Shown: positions 46,123-51,064 of the stretch, piece by piece
How the letters are laid out: each line of letters starts with the position of its first letter
How positions within the stretch are numbered: the first letter of the stretch is position 1
From: Gemmatimonadales bacterium
GTDB lineage: Bacteria > Gemmatimonadota > Gemmatimonadetes > Gemmatimonadales > GWC2-71-9
NCBI GenBank assembly: GCA_035712665.1
Contig: DASTAN010000151.1
Coordinates: 1-51,064 of the forward strand
Length of the DNA: 51,064 bases
Reading direction: 5' to 3'
Notes under the pieces: generated by a model
Databases searched by the model: none
Told to the model about the DNA's origin: nothing
The model's input: only the letters and a program-made list of their open reading frames with translations
Translations under genes and position numbers: made by a program

Positions 46123-48177
46123 GTGATGCGCGGACCAACCTTGGTGCCCGGGGTGGTGCTCATCGAGCAGAACTACCGCGACCAGCTGACGTTCGTGCTG
46201 AAGGATCCCCAAACCCAGAAGTACTACCGCTTTCGACCGGCCGAGGCCGAGATCATCCGCACCTTCGACGGCAGCCGCACCGTCGAGGAGATCGTGCAGC
46301 ACCTTGCCGACCGCGGACGCGCCCTCTCGACGGCCACCATCGAGGGGTTCGCCCGCACGCTGTCGCGCCTCGGGCTGCTGGAGCGCACGCTCGCGGAGCG
46401 CACCGAGCACCAGCTCGAGCGGTTGCGCACCGAGCGCCGGCAACAGCGCTCGCTCTTCCGCGGCGAGTGGCTGCGCATGCGGTGGGGCTTCACCGGAGCC
46501 AACGTCTTTTTCGACCGATGGATGCCCGCCGTCCGCTGGTGCTTCACGCCCGCGTTCGTGGCGGGCTCGCTGCTGCTCTTCCTGGCCTATGCGTGGATCA
46601 TCGCGAGCCAGTGGTCCGACTTCCAGGCGGCTGTCGCGGCCACGTTCGCGCCGGCGGTCTTCTCCTGGGGCACCGTCGGCATGCTGGTCGCCACCCTGCT
46701 GGTGCTCACGCTGATCCACGAACTGGGCCACGGCTTCGCGTGCAAGCACTTCGGCGGCGAGGTACACGAGCTTGGCTTCATGCTGCTCTACTTCACGCCG
46801 GCGTTCTACTGCAACGTGAACGATGCGTGGAGTTTCCCCGCCCTCCGCTCCCGCCTGTGGGTCACGCTCGCCGGCACCTGGATCGAGCTGACGGTCTCCG
46901 CATTGGCCGCGATCGTCTGGTTCGTGGTCCACCCCGACACGGCGCTGTCGCAATGGGCTCTTGCGGCGATGCTGATCGGCGGCTTCATGGCGATCGTCAC
47001 CAACGGCAACCCCTTGTTGCCGCTCGATGGATACTTCGCTCTCTCGGACTATCTGGAGATGCCGAACCTGCGGCATCGGGCGAGCGCGCACGTGACGTGG
47101 TGGGTTCGGCGGCACGTCCTGAAGCTTGACCTGCCGGAGCCGGACGTGGCGCCGAACGAGCGCCGCACCCTGCTCCTGTATGGCTTCGCCGCGATGGCGT
47201 ACATCACCGGGCTCGCGGTCCTCATCGGCAGCAAGGTGATCCATTGGGTGGCGGCGATGGCCGGATTCGCGGTGGCCGCGCTCGTCCTGCTCGTGGTGCT
47301 GGCCACGATCCTCCCTCGCATGACGGCGTTCTGGCGAGGTTCGCTGGCGGCACTGCGTGCGCAGGTCGGCGGAACCCGGTGGCGGCAGGGGCGGCGCTGG
47401 CTCGGCATCACCGGCGGCCTCACGCTGCTCATCTCGGCAGTGCTCCCGTGGCGACTGCAAACTTTCGGCGAGTTCGTGGTGGCACCGCAGCGGTCGGCCG
47501 TCCTGCTCGCCCCCGATAGCGGGGTGGTGGTAGCGGTATACCCGACCACCGGCACCTCTGTGTCGGCCGGCACACCGGTGCTGCGTCTGCTCGATTTCGG
47601 GCTGGTGCAGGCCTCGGCTAGCCAGCGCCGCCTCGGGGACTCCCTCGGTCTGGAGGCGCTCGTGGCACGAGCACGGGCCCTGCCGGGCATCGAGGCGGTG
47701 CGGCAGGCGGAGGCCGCATCCGCCGGGGCGAACCTCGCACGGACGAACCTCCGCCGTGACCAAGGCGTCGTTCGTGCACCGTTCGACGGGACAGTGATCA
47801 CAACGCGACCCGAGGAGCTTCTCGGGCGACAGGTCGCCCCCGGTGACACGCTGCTGGTCATCGCCGACCTGATGGGCCTCGAGGCGCGGATCAGCCTCCG
47901 GTCGGCCGGAGCCTCCCAGATCGTCCCAGGCGGTCGCGTGCGGCTGATCTCGGCGCAGGCGGCCGACCACCCCGTGGAAGGAGTCGTTCGCGAGGTGGCC
48001 CCCGCGGGCATCGGCGCCGCGGGCGGGGCGGTCGAGGTCCGGATGACCCTTGCCGACGATGCGCCGCTTCGGGCGGGAGCCACGGGGATGGCGCGCGTGG
48101 AGTGGGGGCGGTCGACCCTCCTGGGCTCCCTCTGGTGGGCGGTGCGCTCCCGCATTCGCAACGACCTGCTGCTCTAG
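46123..48177 (+). CDS. Tri-partite protein: PqqD-like (RRE-type) N-terminal domain + M50 site-2-protease membrane core + C-terminal HlyD-like domain
   Basis: 684 aa. The N-terminus LTFVLKDPQTQKYYRFRPAEAEIIRTFDGSRTVEEIVQHLADRG follows the PqqD pattern. HELGH is at 46717-46731 and NPLLPLDG at 47008-47031, which are the two M50 signature motifs within TM helices. The C-terminal part has ...VVVAVYPTTGTSVSAGTPVLRL...VRAPFDGTVI...GVVREVAP... (biotinyl/lipoyl-like and barrel segments of HlyD proteins). Confidence 0.75.
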   Translation: MMRGPTLVPGVVLIEQNYRDQLTFVLKDPQTQKYYRFRPAEAEIIRTFDGSRTVEEIVQHLADRGRALSTATIEGFARTLSRLGLLERTLAERTEHQLERLRTERRQQRSLFRGEWLRMRWGFTGANVFFDRWMPAVRWCFTPAFVAGSLLLFLAYAWIIASQWSDFQAAVAATFAPAVFSWGTVGMLVATLLVLTLIHELGHGFACKHFGGEVHELGFMLLYFTPAFYCNVNDAWSFPALRSRLWVTLAGTWIELTVSALAAIVWFVVHPDTALSQWALAAMLIGGFMAIVTNGNPLLPLDGYFALSDYLEMPNLRHRASAHVTWWVRRHVLKLDLPEPDVAPNERRTLLLYGFAAMAYITGLAVLIGSKVIHWVAAMAGFAVAALVLLVVLATILPRMTAFWRGSLAALRAQVGGTRWRQGRRWLGITGGLTLLISAVLPWRLQTFGEFVVAPQRSAVLLAPDSGVVVAVYPTTGTSVSAGTPVLRLLDFGLVQASASQRRLGDSLGLEALVARARALPGIEAVRQAEAASAGANLARTNLRRDQGVVRAPFDGTVITTRPEELLGRQVAPGDTLLVIADLMGLEARISLRSAGASQIVPGGRVRLISAQAADHPVEGVVREVAPAGIGAAGGAVEVRMTLADDAPLRAGATGMARVEWGRSTLLGSLWWAVRSRIRNDLLL

Positions 48178-48190
48178 GCCGCCCTGTTAA

Positions 48191-50506
<2,316 letters not shown>

Positions 50507-50508
50507 GC

Positions 50509-50609
50509 CGTGAGTCGTGAGTCGTGAGTCGTGCGTCGTGAGTGAACGGTGAACGGGAGCGATCCTGTTCACCGTTCGCTTTTGGCGGTGCACCGCCTCA
50601 CCCCTCACC
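50509..50609. repeat. Composite heptamer region R14 (GTGAGTC units, GTGAACG hairpin, CCCCTCA units)
   Basis: GTGAGTC x3 plus GTGCGTC (50510-50537), the GTGAACGGTGAACGGG / CCTGTTCACCGTTCGC hairpin, then CCTCACCCCTCACC (50596-50609), which overlaps the tautomerase stop. Confidence 0.9.
50542..50584 (+). terminator. Rho-independent terminator of katG, built from GTGAACG heptamers
   Basis: GTGAACGGTGAACGGG-AGCGAT-CCTGTTCACCGTTCGC followed by TTTT (50580-50583). Confidence 0.75.
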
Positions 50610-50813
50610 TGTTGCCCCCTGCTGGGCCCGCCACTCATCGGTCAGCATCCCCGCGAAGCCCCAGTCCTCGTCGGCGATCTCCTGGATGACAATGTGCGTG
50701 TGCTCCGGCTTCTTGCCGAGGTGCCGCACGAGGCTGTCGGTGATGTCGCGCACCAGCGCGGCCTTCTGGGCACGGGTGGCCCCGCGAGTGATCTGGACAT
50801 TGACGTAGGGCAC
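50598..50813 (-). CDS. 4-oxalocrotonate tautomerase-family protein
   Basis: MPYVNVQITRGATRAQKAALVRDITDSLVRHLGKKPEHTHIVIQEI... has the N-terminal catalytic Pro1 and the beta-alpha-beta pattern of the tautomerase superfamily. Confidence 0.85.
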   Translation of the reverse strand: MPYVNVQITRGATRAQKAALVRDITDSLVRHLGKKPEHTHIVIQEIADEDWGFAGMLTDEWRAQQGATGEG

Positions 50814-50827
50814 AGAGACCTCGACAA

Positions 50828-50909
50828 AGGGTGAAGGGTGAAGGGTGGAGGGTGGAGAGCGAAGCGTGAAGGGTGAACGGCAATGAGCGGCAGCTGGTTC
50901 CTGTTCACC
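50828..50909. repeat. Heptamer tract R15 (GGGTGAA/GGGTGGA units, then GTGAACG...TGTTCAC)
   Basis: AGGGTGAAGGGTGAAGGGTGGAGGGTGGAGAGCGAAGCGTGAAGGGTGAACGG ... CCTGTTCACC. Confidence 0.8.
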
Positions 50910-51064
50910 GGAGTCGCTGATCTCCCCTCTCCTCCGGCAGGGCTCGCTGCGCCACCGTGATCGTCGTTCCCGCAGCCACGGCCCCGAAGCCGCCGGCGAT
51001 CACGAGATCCATCAGCCAGTCCGAGGCCGGCAGCATCGGTTCGCCCGCCAGGAGCCTGGGAACG
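50905..51064 (-). CDS. 3' end of an unidentified gene (start outside window)
   Basis: The minus-strand frame is open from the window edge to TGA (50907-50905), reading ...DWLMDLVIAGGFGAVAAGTTITVAQRALPEERGDQRLR. It has one hydrophobic helix and no recognisable family. Confidence 0.3.
   Translation of the reverse strand, partial: VPRLLAGEPMLPASDWLMDLVIAGGFGAVAAGTTITVAQRALPEERGDQRLR

Overview
Very GC-rich chromosomal window with dense, mostly housekeeping coding. I support about 50 CDS. No rRNA, tRNA, CRISPR array, transposase or integrase was seen. The gene mix (caa3-type oxidase operon, PEP-CTERM protein, TolB-propeller/amidohydrolase fusion, LVIVD lipoprotein) suggests a Gemmatimonadota-like Gram-negative, but this is inference only. 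Recognisable genes include a secreted Zn-metalloprotease, fabI, ctaCDEF, a VanX-like dipeptidase, greA, a DEAD-box helicase, an FKBP isomerase and a macro-domain protein. Others are an orphan HisKA_3 kinase, a D-aminoacylase, cspA, an S15 X-Pro peptidase, a class-A PBP, rsmD, an M28 peptidase, fhs, katG and a tautomerase. Many long ORFs in the six-frame track are antisense or out-of-frame shadows typical of high-GC DNA. Several real genes start well inside the listed ORFs, and I re-derived those starts from SD sequences, signal peptides and stop/start overlaps.

Two things stand out. (1) At 40.6-48.2 kb, a divergent SARP/BTAD-P-loop regulator faces two paralogous 50/52-aa peptide genes with a near-identical leader and short divergent aromatic tails. 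These are followed by hairpins and three packed genes: GAF-GAF-TM-HlyD, an adaptor lipoprotein, and a PqqD-like/M50 site-2-protease/HlyD fusion. No pump, outer-membrane channel or known modifying enzyme is present. I read this as a candidate undescribed leader-peptide processing and export (signal or bacteriocin) system. (2) At least 15 intergenic sites are built from tandem heptanucleotide units of several sequence families, mostly arranged as facing inverted arrays (long hairpins). This resembles the cyanobacterial STRR heptamers.

Smaller observations are a near-consensus sigma-54 promoter before the PEP-CTERM gene, a perfect TGTGA-N6-TCACA palindrome in the cox leader, and leader terminator-like hairpins before greA and cspA. 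There is also a TSCPD-like mini-protein translationally coupled to a radical SAM gene, and two genes whose conserved N-terminal features lie upstream of any ATG/GTG/TTG. All calls rest on reading the sequence and translations by eye. No database search or computation was run.
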